DNA from: the human T2T-CHM13v2.0 reference genome, Homo sapiens
Assembly (NCBI RefSeq): GCF_009914755.1
Contig: NC_060929.1
Strand: one strand, 5' to 3'
DNA length: 64,000 bases
Each line of letters starts with the position of its first letter. Within the stretch, counting starts at the first letter, position 1. Of the stretch, positions 1 through 15,160 are shown piece after piece. Made by a program: the position numbers and the translations under genes. Below the pieces are notes generated by a model, which had not been told where the DNA came from, did no database searches, and saw only the letters and a list, made by a program, of their open reading frames with translations.

Positions 1-157
1 TATACTGATCATAAACATATAGTTCAATGATTTATGAGAAGGCAAACACCTAATATACCTATACCTCAGGTCAAGAAATAGAACATTTCCAATACCCCAA
101 TCTCCCTTGTTGCTCCCTCCAGCCTCTATCTATCTTCTCTCCTTCTCAGAGCAGTAA

Positions 158-729
<572 letters not shown>

Positions 730-1035
730 TTTGCAGTCTATTTAATGCCACATTTTTCTCAATTTTTTTTGTTTTCTTGGTGATTAAACTGTTTTAAATG
801 GCCCCCGAATGTAGTTCTAAAGTCCTGTCTAGTGTTCCTAAGTGCAAGGCTGTGATATGCCTTACAAAGATACATGTGTTAGTTAAGCTTTGTTCAGGCA
901 TGAGTGAGTGCTTTTGGCCATGAGTTCAATGTTAATGAATCAGTAACATATATTAAATAAGATGTCTTTCAACAGAAACACATAAAACCAAAGTTTGTGT
1001 TGATTAGCTGACAAAAATGTTGTGACCCTCTAAAA

Positions 1036-1250
1036 CAGGAGTGTCCAATCTTTTGGCTTCCCTGGACCACACTGGAAGAAGAATAATTGTCTTGGGCCAC
1101 ACATAAAATACACTAACACTAATGATACCTGATGAACAGGAAAAAAAAATCTCATAGTGTTTTAAGAAAGTTTATGAAATTTGTGTTGGGCTGCATTCAA
1201 AGCCATCCTGGGCCATATGTGGCCCATGGGCCACAGGTTGGACAAGGTTG
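1036..1250 (+). mobile_element. MER30 hAT-Charlie element
   Basis: Termini CAGGAGTGTCCAATCTTTTGG ... GGTTGGACAAGGTTG; imperfect 8-bp TSD ctctaaaa/ctctagag. Confidence 0.8.
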
Positions 1251-1587
1251 CTCTAGAGGCTCATAAGAGTCTAATTCTATTTCCCCTATAAGTAGTGGCT
1301 ATTTGCCAGTTAAATGTTTGCATCAACTTTTTAGAACAAAACTACTGCAAGTAATGAGAATTGACTGTAGTTTTATCACCTAAATATGCATTCCTAAATA
1401 TTATAGTAGTATTCTGCCTGTTTTTAAAATGTTATGTAAATGGAATCACACAGTGTATATTCTTTTGTGCTTGGCTTCTTCTGTTTAATGTTTGTGAGAC
1501 TCATTCATGTTTTTACATGTAACATTAATTTGCCATTTTTATTACTATATAATAGTTGTATCAATATACCACAGTTTATTTTTCATC

Positions 1588-1893
1588 TTTTTTTTTTTTT
1601 TTTTTTTTTGAGATGGAGTCTCACTCTGTTGCCCAGGCCAGATCACAGTGGCGCGATCTCGGCTCTTGGCAACCTCCACCTCATGGGTTCAAGCGATTCT
1701 CTCCTGCCTCAGCCTCCTGAGTAGCTGGGATTATGGGCGTGTGCCAGTACCCCTGGCTAATTTTTGTATTTTTAGTAGAGATGGTGTTTCTCCATGTTGG
1801 ACAGGCTGGTCTTGAACTGCTGACCTCAGGGGATCCGCCCACCTCGGCCTCCCAAAGTGTTAGGATTACAGGCGTGAGCCACCGCACCCAGCC
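1588..1893 (-). mobile_element. Alu
   Basis: Poly-T followed by a full Alu body. Confidence 0.93.
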
Positions 1894-2009
1894 TCATCCT
1901 CTTACTGATGGATGTTTGGGTTATTTCTACTATGTGGCTTTTGTAAGCAGTGTTGCTATCTTATACATGTTTTTAACTACACATGTACACACCATTTCTC
2001 TTGGATATA

Positions 2010-2345
2010 CAGTTGGCCCTTCATATGTGTGGGTTTCACCTCCATGGATTCAACCTATTTTGGATCAAAAATATTGGGAAAAAAATGAAAGGTTGCATCT
2101 GTACTGAGCATGTACATTTTTTGTCATTATTCCCTAAACAATACAGTATAACAACTATTTACATAGCTTTTACATTGCATTAGATATTATAAGTAATCTA
2201 GAGAGGATTCAAAGTATATAGGAGAATGTGTGTAGATTACATGCTAATACTACACTATTTTATGTAAATGACTTGAGCATTCATGGATTTTGGTATTCAC
2301 AGAGAGTCCTGGAACCAGTCCCCCAGAAACACCAAGTGATGACTG
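2010..2345. mobile_element. MER2 (TcMar-Tigger) element
   Basis: ta|CAGTTGGCCCT ... GTCCTGGAACCAGTCCCCCA...GATGACTG|ta, about 340 bp. Confidence 0.75.
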
Positions 2346-2846
2346 TATGTGGAATTGCTGAGTGAACCCCATCAGTTTTAGATTCTTACCAGTTTAGAAT
2401 CAGTTTGAGATTCTCACCATTTGTGTATGAGAATTCCTAACTTGGTAGCGTCATAATATATCTTTATTCTAATTGCTAATTTATTTGATTTGTTGTAAGT
2501 TAGATAGTAGAAATTATTTGTTCTTAATTTCAGACTCTGTATACATTTCTTATTCTTCCTTTAATAATGTATATGCAATACATTTAATGCCTTAATATTC
2601 CTTTTGGAGGACAGACCTCTTATCCTCTTTGGAGAGCAACACAGTTATTACAGATTTAAAAATCTTTATTACTTTTTCTGTTTATAAAAGTAATATGTTT
2701 TTATTTAGAAATTCAAATAATAAAGAAATGAACAAAACAAGCAGGGAAAGCCTCTCTATAATTGGGCTGTGTGTTAAAGGATAGAGTAAAGGGTAAAGGA
2801 TCTCTGTTACGTACATTACCTAATTTTTAAAAGATGGTAAATATAG

Positions 2847-3141
2847 ACCAGGTGCTGTGGCTCGTGCCTGTAATTCCAACACTTTGGGAGGCTAAGGTGG
2901 GAGAATTCCTCGAGCCCAAGAGTTTGAGACCAGCCTGGGCAACATCGGGAGACCCCGTCTATAAAAATAAAAAAATTAGCCAGGTGAGGTGGTGCATGCC
3001 TGTGGTCTCAGCTCCTTGGGAAGCTGAAGTGGGAGGATCACTTGGACCCAGGGAGTCGAGGCTGCAGTGAGTGTGATCTTCCCACTGCACATTCCAGCCT
3101 GGGAATCAGAGCAAGACCCTGTCTCAAAAAGAAAAAAAAAA
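2847..3141 (+). mobile_element. Alu (AluJ-like)
   Basis: Diverged Alu dimer with A tail. Confidence 0.88.
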
Positions 3142-4209
3142 GGTACATATCTATATTTGGTAGGGCTATTTTGATACATCAGTTTGGTATGTCCCATGAG
3201 TCATAATGTTTGGTGTTAGGTTATGAGCATTTAGACCCTTCAAGGAATGGTGGGAATTTTTCCCTTAGAACACAGGACGATGTCTGTGCAGGCAGTAATG
3301 GATTTATGAGTCTGCTCTAATGTACATTCTCACCATGCTATGCTCCAAGTGTTTTATGGAAACATTTGGCAAATGCTTCAGGAGGTTTAGCAATGATTTT
3401 GCTAGATAGACTAGAATGAAAGCCCAAATAAAAAAGAATCTCTTCTATTATGTTTTTTAGAACCCCCAGTTCTATAAATGAGGACCTTTGATAGGAAAGC
3501 TATAGGGATGGCTAAACTTCTACTTTTCTGAAACTTTGGATCCCTAGTCCCTTGTCTGTGTTGCTTTGTCTTTAAAATTTGCTTTCCCCTATTGGAATTT
3601 GCTGGGGAGAAAAAAATGTTTAAAAATTAGTACCAAGTAACATTTGAAATGGAGCAGTTTTATGAGTTAGGATAGTATTAGGCATTTGTTTAATGTTTAT
3701 TGAATGCATAGATGAGCTGGGAGGTGCTTATTAGTGTATAGCGTTTCAGAAGTGGAAATAAGAAGAACTTTATCCAACATAGGTGGGGCTGTGAGAGATG
3801 CAGTGAGATGAATAAGCAGATGATTCACCTTTTTTCTAAGGTTTGAGTCTATATATGTAGATATCAAAGCCAAAGGTCAATACATGTATTAAGAATATTT
3901 CTTGTCCTCATCATGACTTTTGTAAGTAGAGCAACTCTACTTAGAAAAAAAATTATTTCTTCAACCAAGACAGATGCTAACATTTACCTGACACAGATAT
4001 AAACCATGGGTTATCCTAGGCAAACCAGAACATATAGTTGCTCTAATTAAAAGGGACTTTATTTTTTTTAGCTCTCATTGGAGATTGTAGATCCACCTTA
4101 ACAGATTTCTCTCCTGCCCTATGTTATACTTTTTAAATAACACAGAATTTGCAGAAATCATTAGTAAATTTGAGTGCAAACTTGTATGTTCTTCTAATAT
4201 ATATTTTAG

Positions 4210-4320
4210 ACCGCAAACCAAGGGCCAAAATTTAAAGACCGTCGGCTACAGATATCATGGCACAAGCCCAAGGTACCATCTATATCCACTGAGACTGAAG
4301 AAGAAGAAGTCAAGGAGGAG
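4210..4320 (+). CDS. RBM27: RBM27 penultimate coding exon (TANQGPKFKDRRLQISWHKPKVPSISTETEEEEVKEE)
   Basis: ttttAG acceptor at 4208-4209 and GAG|GTAAAT donor at 4321. The exon is 111 nt, open and phase 0/0. I recognise the peptide as the RBM27 C-terminal region (RBM26/27 family). Confidence 0.9.
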
Positions 4321-5534
4321 GTAAATTTAGTGGTTGGAAATAAGAGTTGAATTAGATCACTTCTCAATTATGTATTTTTTATGATATTAAATAGTATAAA
4401 TTAAAAAATGCTGGGTTTTTCTTTCATGCATGCAAATTAAGACCCGTTTAGATGTTTATTAGAGAATTAAAACAGGTCTAGAGATATAAGAAGCTGTGTT
4501 AGGGGTTATTTTCTTCTGATATAGGAAAGACTGTTCTTTTTTGTTTACATTTATATTGGATTTATTTGAGCTCTAGAAATTTTTATTCTGATGAATAAAG
4601 TCAGAGATTACATAAATGAATTAAACTTTAATTGGTTGGTTTCACTTTTTGTTTATTCAAGTTCCATAGTAATAGATTTGAGTTTCTTATTTTCCTTCTG
4701 TGTACAATTGGTTAAAATCAGAGTGTGCAGAAGTTGAACATAGAGGAGAGAATTGGAAAACTAAAGACCTAAATAATAAAAGTACTGAATAATCAGCTTC
4801 TTAAAATATATGAGAATTTATTTTGCTTTTTTACTCCTGTTGTTTATCATTAGTTTATTTAGTGAACACTTAGGCTATATTGCGAGGTTTTCCTGATTTA
4901 TATGACAATCTTGGTTTTAAAAGATACCTAGCTAGCATTTATAGTTTGATCAAGTGTCTTCTCACTATATAGGTAATTTTACACAGCAAAAGCAGAAATG
5001 TTCCCTAGATTAAAAGAAAAACAGAAGTCATGGTATTTGGGTAGTGTTTGCAGATGCATCTACTTTGTCTAAGATTTTAGATTTTTATATAAGATTTGGA
5101 ATATCAGTGTCATGGGGAAGCTAGTATATTCACCTCTCACAAACAATTGGATGGATATAAAAACAAAGATTTAGGTGTTTGGTCATTTATTTTCCTAATT
5201 TTTTATAGAATAAAATTAATTTTAATTTATCAGAAATGTATCTCATAGTCTTTTTTAAATTTTCTGTACTAAATGTCCACATTATTTTCCTGATGATATT
5301 AGAGTAGAAATCTCCTATTAAAAGTAGCAAAATTAGCAGGGGAGAAGAATTCATATTCATTTACAAAAATATTTTGGGCTTTTTTTTTTTTTTGCCCTGA
5401 AAGATACTCTTGCATGCATCCCTTATGAAATCTAGCCTGGGCTTTGTATACTAGCCTGTTTGTCCTTTGGCCTAAAAAGTATTTTACTTACCATTCTTGT
5501 GCCACTAAGCAGATTTTAACCTCTCTTTCTTCAG

Positions 5535-5618
5535 GAAACAGAAACCTCAGATTTGTTTTTGCCTGATGATGACGATGAAGATGAAGATGAATATGAGTCT
5601 CGCTCATGGCGAAGATGA
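5535..5618 (+). CDS. RBM27: RBM27 terminal coding exon (ETETSDLFLPDDDDEDEDEYESRSWRR*)
   Basis: Pyrimidine tract ctctctttcttcAG ends at 5534. It continues the previous exon in frame. The acidic tail ending SRSWRR* is characteristic of RBM26/RBM27. TGA is at 5616-5618. Confidence 0.92.
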   Translation, partial: ETETSDLFLPDDDDEDEDEYESRSWRR

Positions 5619-8600
5619 AATCTGATGCTAGCTGTATAATTTTTAGGAATATTGTTTAGAAGAACAACTTTTAAAAATTATTTAAAAGAAGTCAATGAGC
5701 CAAAAAAAATTTTTTTATTTTTCTTTTCAACACAGTAGGTTCAAGAACAGCAAGTTTGCTATTTAAACACATCTCATAACTGTACATGATATTAAAGCAC
5801 CAAAGGCCTAGTGACTTTTACACAGTTGTGAAGATCCACAGCAATGACATGGATAATCTCTAGAGCCTTATTTTCCACACCACCTTTTTTTTGTTGCTGT
5901 TGGTGTTGGATTATGATGTAAATGACAGGGTGTTCAGAAATCTTATTTTGGATTATAATCTACTGATAAAATTTAATTAAATGTCAAAATCACCTGTAAT
6001 CTTTTAACTCTCAGTTGTTATGGATGGGTCATCAGACAGTAGGAAATATTTGTAATTAAAATACCCTTTTGCTTTCAAGAGTGGTCTTGGAAGAAAAATA
6101 TGTTTATTTTAATTTTAATTTTTTTTTTTTTTTACTTTGGAGGAGCCCAATTTGTATTCAGTCTAAATTTGTTTTTCATGGTTTTTATGTGTGGTAGTAC
6201 TAGTTCAGTGAAAATCACAACAAACTGTGTGTTCTTAAATGCTACAGCAATGGTAGCTAGCTCTATAGTATTTCCATTCTCTTGTCATATGAACTCCTGG
6301 ACTTTTCCTGCTACTGATTCTTAGTTTGCTTTGATATTTAGTGAGCGCTGGTTCGGCTGGTCTTTTTAAAAATTTTTATAACTCAGAATGTAAAAGGCTT
6401 TCACCTATTGCCCCTTTCTCGTCCCCCTTTTCTTCCTCTTGCCTTTCTATTAATAGGCCTGACTTAGTCATCATTGATATAAGTGGTTCATTTGGGCAAC
6501 CGCAGGCAGTCTCCAATAAAAGGTTCAAACCAGCACCTGGATAAATAAGTGATGTTTTGATGAGAATGATGGAAGGATTTTGGGGAGAAGAGAATCACCA
6601 GCTTTATTTTTTCCCTCTTTTGAAGCTTCAGTTCAGTATAGTTACACAGAAGGGTTTAAAAATGTCTGAAATTCTTTTCCTAAATTTAAACCATGATGGT
6701 GAGGTGACTGGGGGGTGGGGGGTGGAGGTGGGAGGGGGTTGAGGGCTGAGTATGCTAGTAATAAATGGGAGTCATATATGACTTTGTTCAGATGACCTTA
6801 TTTTTTCATAATTTTGTAGCTTGTTGCTATCCATGAACATACGCATCCCTCAGTAGACAGTTTCCTTTACTGTGTGCATTTTTACTGTACACTGTATAGA
6901 GTAGAGTATCTGTTAAGTAAAATATATATGTAAATTTATGTCTTCGTGTTCTGAATGTTAGATGGAAAAGCAGAGGAGCAACACTACACTGTACTGACCC
7001 CTGGGAAAATAAAATGATTAATGTACCTAGGCTGTCACTTTTTCAAGGATATACACATCTGTGTTTTTATATATGTGTGGTATGAAAATTTGAAACCTCC
7101 TGTTGTCTCCAAAAGGGTCTTGGTGACCACTATATCAAGGATTTTGTTTGCTGAGGTAAAGACAATTTCTCAATATAGAAACTATTCACTAAGAACTTAA
7201 AACCATCAGGATTCTAGATTTACTTAGCTATAAGAAGTTAAATCCCACGTTCTGATAATCTTTATTCTTCTACATGTTTTCCTGGAATGATGTGTCAAAC
7301 CAGGGTCATTTTTAAGTTCATATAATTTTCTTTCATAATAATGAGGACTTCCTTTTTCTAGGTTATTGTTATATTTCTAGTAACACTGAAGGTAAAATAA
7401 GCTTATAAAAGAAGGAAAACATCAGAATGGTGTATCTAGAATACACAATCTTGCTCCTTACTCCTCCATCATCTCTAATGAAATTTTTCTTGATGTCTGT
7501 GGCTCAGTCAGTATATATTTTGAAAGATTCATTGTGGTGAATATTTTGAGTCCTGACAGTTTAAACGTGATAGAGGGAACAAAGGATTTATATATTTTTT
7601 GTACAAAGTTTTTTCTTAAACTGTATAATTTTGTAAATAATTTGTTTGGGTTTTTTTTTTGTGTACTAAAACTACCAGCGTATAGATTTCAATAAGAATT
7701 GTTGTATTTTTGTATTTGGAAACTGAAAATTACAGTAAATAAATGGAACTCTAAGAAAAATTTCAGTAGACAGTTCAACAGAATGAGATTCCTTTTCATA
7801 TGATTTTTTTGACCTCAAAATGGACATCTTATTTCACTCTCAGTAAAAAGTTGAAAATTTGACTTTTTAGTATTGGGGGCAGAAGATAGAAGTGTGTTAA
7901 AGTGAAAAACAGTTTTTTCAGTAAGGTTTGAGGCCCTTTCTATAAGTTTTCAGTACACCTTAAACAGGACTAAAAATACTTTAAAAGTGTGCTTTCAAAG
8001 AATTTTAAAACATGTTTGACTCAAAGATGAATTTGAAGTGAGTTAATTATAATACTGGAAAACTTAAGGTTAGCATAAAATAGTTTATATATATCCCCTG
8101 CCCCCTTTGGGATTTACTTCCACCATCAAATCTTCAACTGTTAGAATTTCACTTAAAAGTGAATAACTGCCATACATGTTTTCTTGGCATCTTCATTTAC
8201 AGAAATAACATACAGCATCTAAAGCAAGTTCTGTCCCTCTTAATGTGTATGACATCTTTTTAAGTAGCTGATCAGCAATAATAGCCACCAGTTGACTAGG
8301 TCAGCCTGATATACTAGTGGATTACTGTCCAAGATAAAAAGGTAACCCCAAGTATTGCAAAATTTCCCTCAATTTCTTTATGTAACATTGAAGAAATGTT
8401 GTTACCAGCTAAGATGATAAATTGGAAAACAGTCTTGTTAAGGTGAAAGGGGTCCTTGGTGATGGATCATTATTTCAAAAAAGAAAAAAATCATGTGAAA
8501 AGGAATAGTGGTTCCTCTTGATGTATAGTATGCCTGTATTATAGTTTTTACAAAATTGTGAACTTGTGTAATAGTATAATAGGAGATATTGTTGAATTTC

Positions 8601-8720
8601 TAACTGTTTATACATTTAAATTCATATATGTAATGTTTGTTTTATCAATTACAATCTGAATTTCTAAGAAGCATGTTGACTTTTGCAATAAAGATGCAAT
8701 ATGGAATGGTTCACAATTGG
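5619..8720 (+). other. RBM27: RBM27 3'UTR (~3.1 kb, AU-rich, no recognisable transposons)
   Basis: Follows the stop codon. AATAAA occurs at 6515, 7008, 7738 and 8687, and a Pumilio-type TGTAAATA at 7632. The 3' end is inferred from the 8687 signal. Confidence 0.7.
8687..8692 (+). terminator. Candidate distal polyadenylation signal of RBM27
   Basis: AATAAA preceded by a U-rich segment containing several TGTA motifs (8520-8640). Confidence 0.6.
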
Positions 8721-10456
8721 AAAAAAAAAAGAAAAAAGATGAAAGTATTGCAAATTTAAAAGAATTTGGAAAATTTATGAACCATTCCAAAAATTATAAC
8801 AATCACCAAAAGAGCTGTAATTCTGGCTTGTTCTGGAAAGAAAGAAAATGTGTGTGTATGCTTGCTTGTGAGAGTGAGTGAGTAGTGGCTATGTATGTGT
8901 GTTTTATGTTGTGTTCATAAACATGAGAGAACATCACTCAATATGAAGTTGGGTTCGAAGTCACTGGCTATTAAATATTAAGTAGGATAACTTTCTCAAC
9001 AGAGTAGCCTGGAGAATGAAAGAGAAGGTATTAAAATGCTACTTGTAAGTAACCTTTGATAGCCACATTATTTTGTTCCTGGATGGTTCTTGGTATCCCA
9101 GATAAAAAAGCACAAAACAGTTTCTTGAAAGCAATTATTTTAATGTTGTCTTGAGGATATTCATTATGCCTGCCATCAGTAGGAGGGACATTTTCCTTAA
9201 GTAGAATAGGGAGAAGGGAAAAAACACCTAGAAGAGATGATTTAAACATAAATCAGTTCTGAATGTGACAAAGATTTGTAAGGACAAACGGGAAGATAGT
9301 GATGTTATGCACTAAGGACTGGGTGGTGATGAGAAAGAGAAGGGAAGTGTATCACCTGGTTTTCCCATTTTAAAAAATGCTATTATAAAATTCCCCCTCC
9401 AATGATTATGCATTGTTTAAGAAGGAACATTCTTTGAATTTCAGCTTATACAAGAAAATACTCAAAGAATGAGAGTAAAGTTATTTTCATTCCTTTCAAA
9501 TAAAATTTATTTTATGTATTATGTAAATAGCAAATAAGCTGTTTGTCACCATTTGCTTTGAGTAGATCATAATTAATCCTAAATATATTTACAATAAACA
9601 TTAGTTCTGGGACTTTTTTGGAGGGAGCAGGCAAATTCTGAACATAGTTATATCTATTGAACAAATCAAATGTTTTACTAAGATGGAGCTCTCATTAACA
9701 GAAATTAATGATTTTATGTGATATTTTTACTGATTTTGAAGTAAATTGTGCTAAAGCCAAGGATAAATTTTGAATAAGCCCCAGCATACAGTCAAATCTG
9801 GATCTAGATATGTTACCGTAAACACAGAATTGTGTTTATCAACATGTGGGGATATTGGATGATAGGGTTGCTTTAGACTAAATGGACCAACATTACCTTG
9901 CTGTGCAGAGCTGCTCATTTTATGTTCATTTTTAGTCTGAAAGACCTAACTTGAGAGACCAACCAAAATTGACCCAGAAAAGAAAAAAAAAAAAGGCAAT
10001 CTACTGCTACTGCTTGTATTATGAATCACCTTCATTTATGCTAAATTGGTTTTATTGCCAAGATCTCTCCTTTCAACAGGATCATCTACCATTTGGCCTC
10101 TTCCCTGTTCTCCAGTTGACCTTAGGTTAACTAAACCATTTCAACATTCTAAGATAGGCAATTTGATATGGGGTGAAATCAAGGGCAGAATAGTGTTGGA
10201 TGATTGTGAGTTATTTGTGTTTCCATCTACTCTTAGGCTTCTGCAAGCATTTCTTTTTGTGGTGGTGGTGGTGGTAGTGGTGTTCGTTAACATAAGCACG
10301 ATTAACATTGCTGTTACTTTTTCTTTGCAATTGTATTAAATTATTTTTTTGTGAAAGAGCAGCAAGGAAAGAAGACCGCTTAGCTTGTTTTAGATAAAGA
10401 TAAGCCTGAATTTCTGACCTCACTTCCACTTCAGTTTTCTGACCACTTCATAGAGG

Positions 10457-10663
10457 TGTTTTTTTTTTTTTTGAGATGGAGTCTTGTTATGTTGCCCGGG
10501 TTGGAGTGTAGTGGCATGATCTTGGCTAATTTTTGTATTTTTAGTAGAGACAGGGTTTCACTGTGTTGGCCAGGCTAGTCGTGAACTCCTGATCTTAAGT
10601 GATCCTCTAACCTTGGCCTCCCAAAGTGCTGGGATTACAGGCTTGAGCCACCACCCCCAGCCA
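10457..10663 (-). mobile_element. Alu with ~90-bp internal deletion
   Basis: TSD acttcatagag; junction gatcttggct|aatttttgt. Confidence 0.85.
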
Positions 10664-11702
10664 ACTTCATAGAGTTTTACTAGTTTGAATATAGTGACCT
10701 ACTAATTCTTAAAATAATATGTAGAGTTGGAGTTCAGGTTTAGCACTTGATTGTTCAAAATTGTAATTTACTCAATTCTTTGAAGGCAAATATAGGGGCG
10801 GAAACACGCCTTTTCAGCACTTAGCCATTTCTGTTGATTAAATTCTTAACACGCCTTTGTAAAAACCTTATAAAGATGAATGTCTTATTAATAGTTTTCT
10901 AAAGTCCTTGTGATTTTACTTCTTAGTTTGCCTCCAGACTTCTATCACTGTGAGATACTGATATATTTCTTCTAATTTTAAATTTAATTTGTAAGGGCTA
11001 ATACCTTGCCAAATTAATTTTTTCTTGAGGATAATTTTGCTTCAAGATTGAGACTATTCACATAGTCAGTTCGAGTTCTTAGACCAAACGCTACCTATTT
11101 ATCTATGTAAACATGTATTCCTGCATAAATTATTGAATGGTAGTTTCTGAACCACCCTCCAACAGTGGGGCTATTTATTTACTTTAGGATTTACGTTATT
11201 AACATTTAGAGCCTGTAGGGGGCTCCAAAGGGCAAAATTTAGTCTTGGAACAGGGACTGAATCTTTTTTCACAGCAACTCAAAATGAGACACCTTTTGCA
11301 TTGCAACCCAGTATACACACACGAAACAAAAGTTTACAAAACAATACCTACCCAATATGCACCTGATATTTTCATCCTATTAGATAAAAATTCTTGTCAG
11401 GACCCACTATATGGCTTTCAAAATTACAGTTTGGAAAAACAGCCTATTGAGTTGCCTGATGGAGTGCATTTTAAAGTCACTGTCTTCCTTGCCGTGACAT
11501 TGTAGAAACTATTTTGAATATAAAATGTTATTACTTTATCTTCTGTTTTTCCTTTTTTTTTTTTTTTTTACTTGATGTTTTTTCTTGAAGGGTATTTTGT
11601 AGTTTTTAATTTTAGAAGCAAGACAACTCAGTGACGTTTTAAACTTGCCTACAGTTTTATATTTTTGTCATTACTTGTCTTGGGAAGGGAGTGGAATATT
11701 AA

Positions 11703-12094
<392 letters not shown>

Positions 12095-14785
12095 CACAAC
12101 TACAACTCTTTAAGGGCTATAAATCAATAAAAGATTATTTGGCTTTGAATTAAATTTTGCACTTAATTTAGAGTTCACTTAGCCATCAACAATTTAAAGT
12201 GAACCAATTTTGATATCTAAAAATATATATTCTAACATTGTGCCATTGAATCTCACCTTTTTCAAACATATCCCTATAAGTTTATAAGAAATGTAAGAAA
12301 TAGATAAGCCCTATATAAAACATAACTAACTGCCTTTGCCACTTTTCTTACTCTTGGGCAAGTGTGTCACTTGTCTCTACATGTCTGACCTTTCCCAGCT
12401 TCTAAAGTGCAAAAAGAAAGATTGGGGACATGTCCATAAGAATATTCCCATATCTTCAGAAATGCAAAGGAGAAAACCATTAAGTCTGCAAAGTAGTGAA
12501 ATCAGAACTCATCATGGAGTTACAAGTTACTAACACATTTCAGTATTTCTACCCTCTTGTCTATGTACTTTTCTTTTGGAATTCCTTAAGCAATAAAACC
12601 TGACTTTCTTATAATACCATGGTACCAAACAAATACTTTGAATTAACCTGATTGATAATTTTCAACTCACTTTGAGGAAATAACTCATGGACTGAATGCA
12701 GACTGTGACCCAATTAGTGGAGTGAGTAGTTTGCCTACATTCTGTGCTTACCACAGCCTTTGAGGAAGGTGTTCTTACCACCTTATTCAGCTTTGAAAAC
12801 AGTTTCAGAGAGATAAAGTTGCATTCCTGAGGTCACACAACCTTGTAGTGATGGAGTCAGCATTTGAACACAGGTCTGACTCTGGAGCTCAAGTTCTTAA
12901 CCTCTGTGCTCCACTGCTTCTAATAAAATAGAATATTGCAAGTCTGTAGAATGTCACTGGTCTTTTTTATTAGTGTCTGTCAAACACTGCCATTCTGGCT
13001 CCATCTATCTCATCTGCCTTGGATTGGAACCAGACTCCCTTGGGGAGCAACACTGTGTTTTTAGGTAGCATATTGGAAACCACAGAGAACAGTTTATTTA
13101 TGTTAATTTGTGGGGGAACATTTTAAAGTAGTAATTTTCTGTGACCTCCACAATGTACAGCCAGCCAATTTGATACATTTCACAGTAATTTGGCTATATC
13201 ATAACCTGTGTTATTTTGTTTTCAATTTTATCTTAAATGTTTTTTTCCCTGTGACAAATTGAATTATGATAATCTTGCAGTATTTCTACCTTGCTTCTTT
13301 GTGTTTTTCAATATTTCTCGTGCCTTTTTCCTTTTAACTTTGGCATTAAAAAAATCACGTACATAAATAAGTTTACATGCTTTAATGATGTTTTCATATA
13401 GAACACTGAATTTTCTAGACAAAAAGTGCTGAGAATAGCAGTGTTCATTTATAGTTATGTTTATGCCATATTTTTAAAAAGTATATTCTCAGTGAATAAA
13501 ACTGATGTTCATGTCATTGTTCTGTTTGGGGAGTTGATTTTTTTTACATGTTCAGATTTCTTAGATCATTCCAAATCTTTGTGGATTTCTAATTTTTGCT
13601 ATTTGGAGAACTTCAAAATGTTTATTGACTTGTAGTTGTTACGGTAATAGTTATCTGAAAAAAGAAAAAGATGTAAGCGGCCTTGAAGAAGAGGGGACTT
13701 TTTATTCTTTGACAGCCCATGAGAAAACTAGCCATGTTCTAAGAGATTGAATGAAAAAGTTTTTTATTCTTGACAAATTTTGTAGCATTAGGGAATATTT
13801 CCAATATGAAAATTGTATCAGGGAAATTGCTGAGACAAAAGAGAATGATTATAACATCCTGGCCACACAGCACATGTTTTAAGAAAGGTATTTCACCCTA
13901 AAAATAAAATCGGATTATGTCGTGTGCTTTTTTTTCCTCTGTGAAGATTCCAGAAGTATGTCGTGTGTTTTTTAAAAATTTTACTGTGATCGAATGCTAA
14001 AAAAAAAAAATGCATGTTATTAAAGAGTTTTTCAGCATATTTTGCTTTGAAATGTTAAATATAGGGAAGGAAGAATTTTATATTTTATACGTAGAAACTT
14101 AATTTCTTAGAATTATAACTTTATTTTTTGAAAATTTTCTACCAATAACTTTAAAGCACTTTTCTCCCTGATTTATTTAAATCCTAATAAATTATACATT
14201 TCTGCACTTTAGCCATTCATGTGGAAATTATTTGGAGTCATCTCAATAGAATGGTGCTGTGTGGTCTCCCAAGGCCCCCAAGAATGTCAAAGAAGTTTCA
14301 TCTACTCTTTGTTTTAAATTTTCAAGTGAATATTATTGATAAATTAGATGAAGCTGAAGAAAAGTCTAGAGATTGAAGTAAATTATTAAAATCTACTTAA
14401 GAGTGAGGACTTACATAAGAACTCTTTATGGAAAGCTGTACTGAGATCCTAGTATTTTTGGAAAGCTATTTGTGAGTTATAGACACCTGTCAATTTCTCA
14501 GAAATGGTCTTATCTGGAAAAAGAAAAGTAGAACCTAACTGGTACATTCAGACGTGTTCAGAGAACTTTCAATATTGTAAAAACAACATAGCATATTTTG
14601 CCTCGTCTGTTTTACAACCATGGAGGATTGCCTTTTTATTCATTTTGAGGTTTTGATTATCATCACTGGCAGTTTTATGCTTCATAGACTTAGGGTAGCA
14701 GAAGTGGTAACAGTAGATGGCTTCACTTGTCTTTCTTTCAGCATGGCCTGCATGAATCAGAATCCAAAGAAAACCAGCACACTTA

Positions 14786-15160
<375 letters not shown>

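Noticed and set aside
8722-8737. A-rich tract after the RBM27 AATAAA suggesting a processed pseudogene tail
   Set aside because: The upstream exons are separated by a real intron with canonical splice sites. The tract is genomic and is only an oligo-dT internal-priming caveat.
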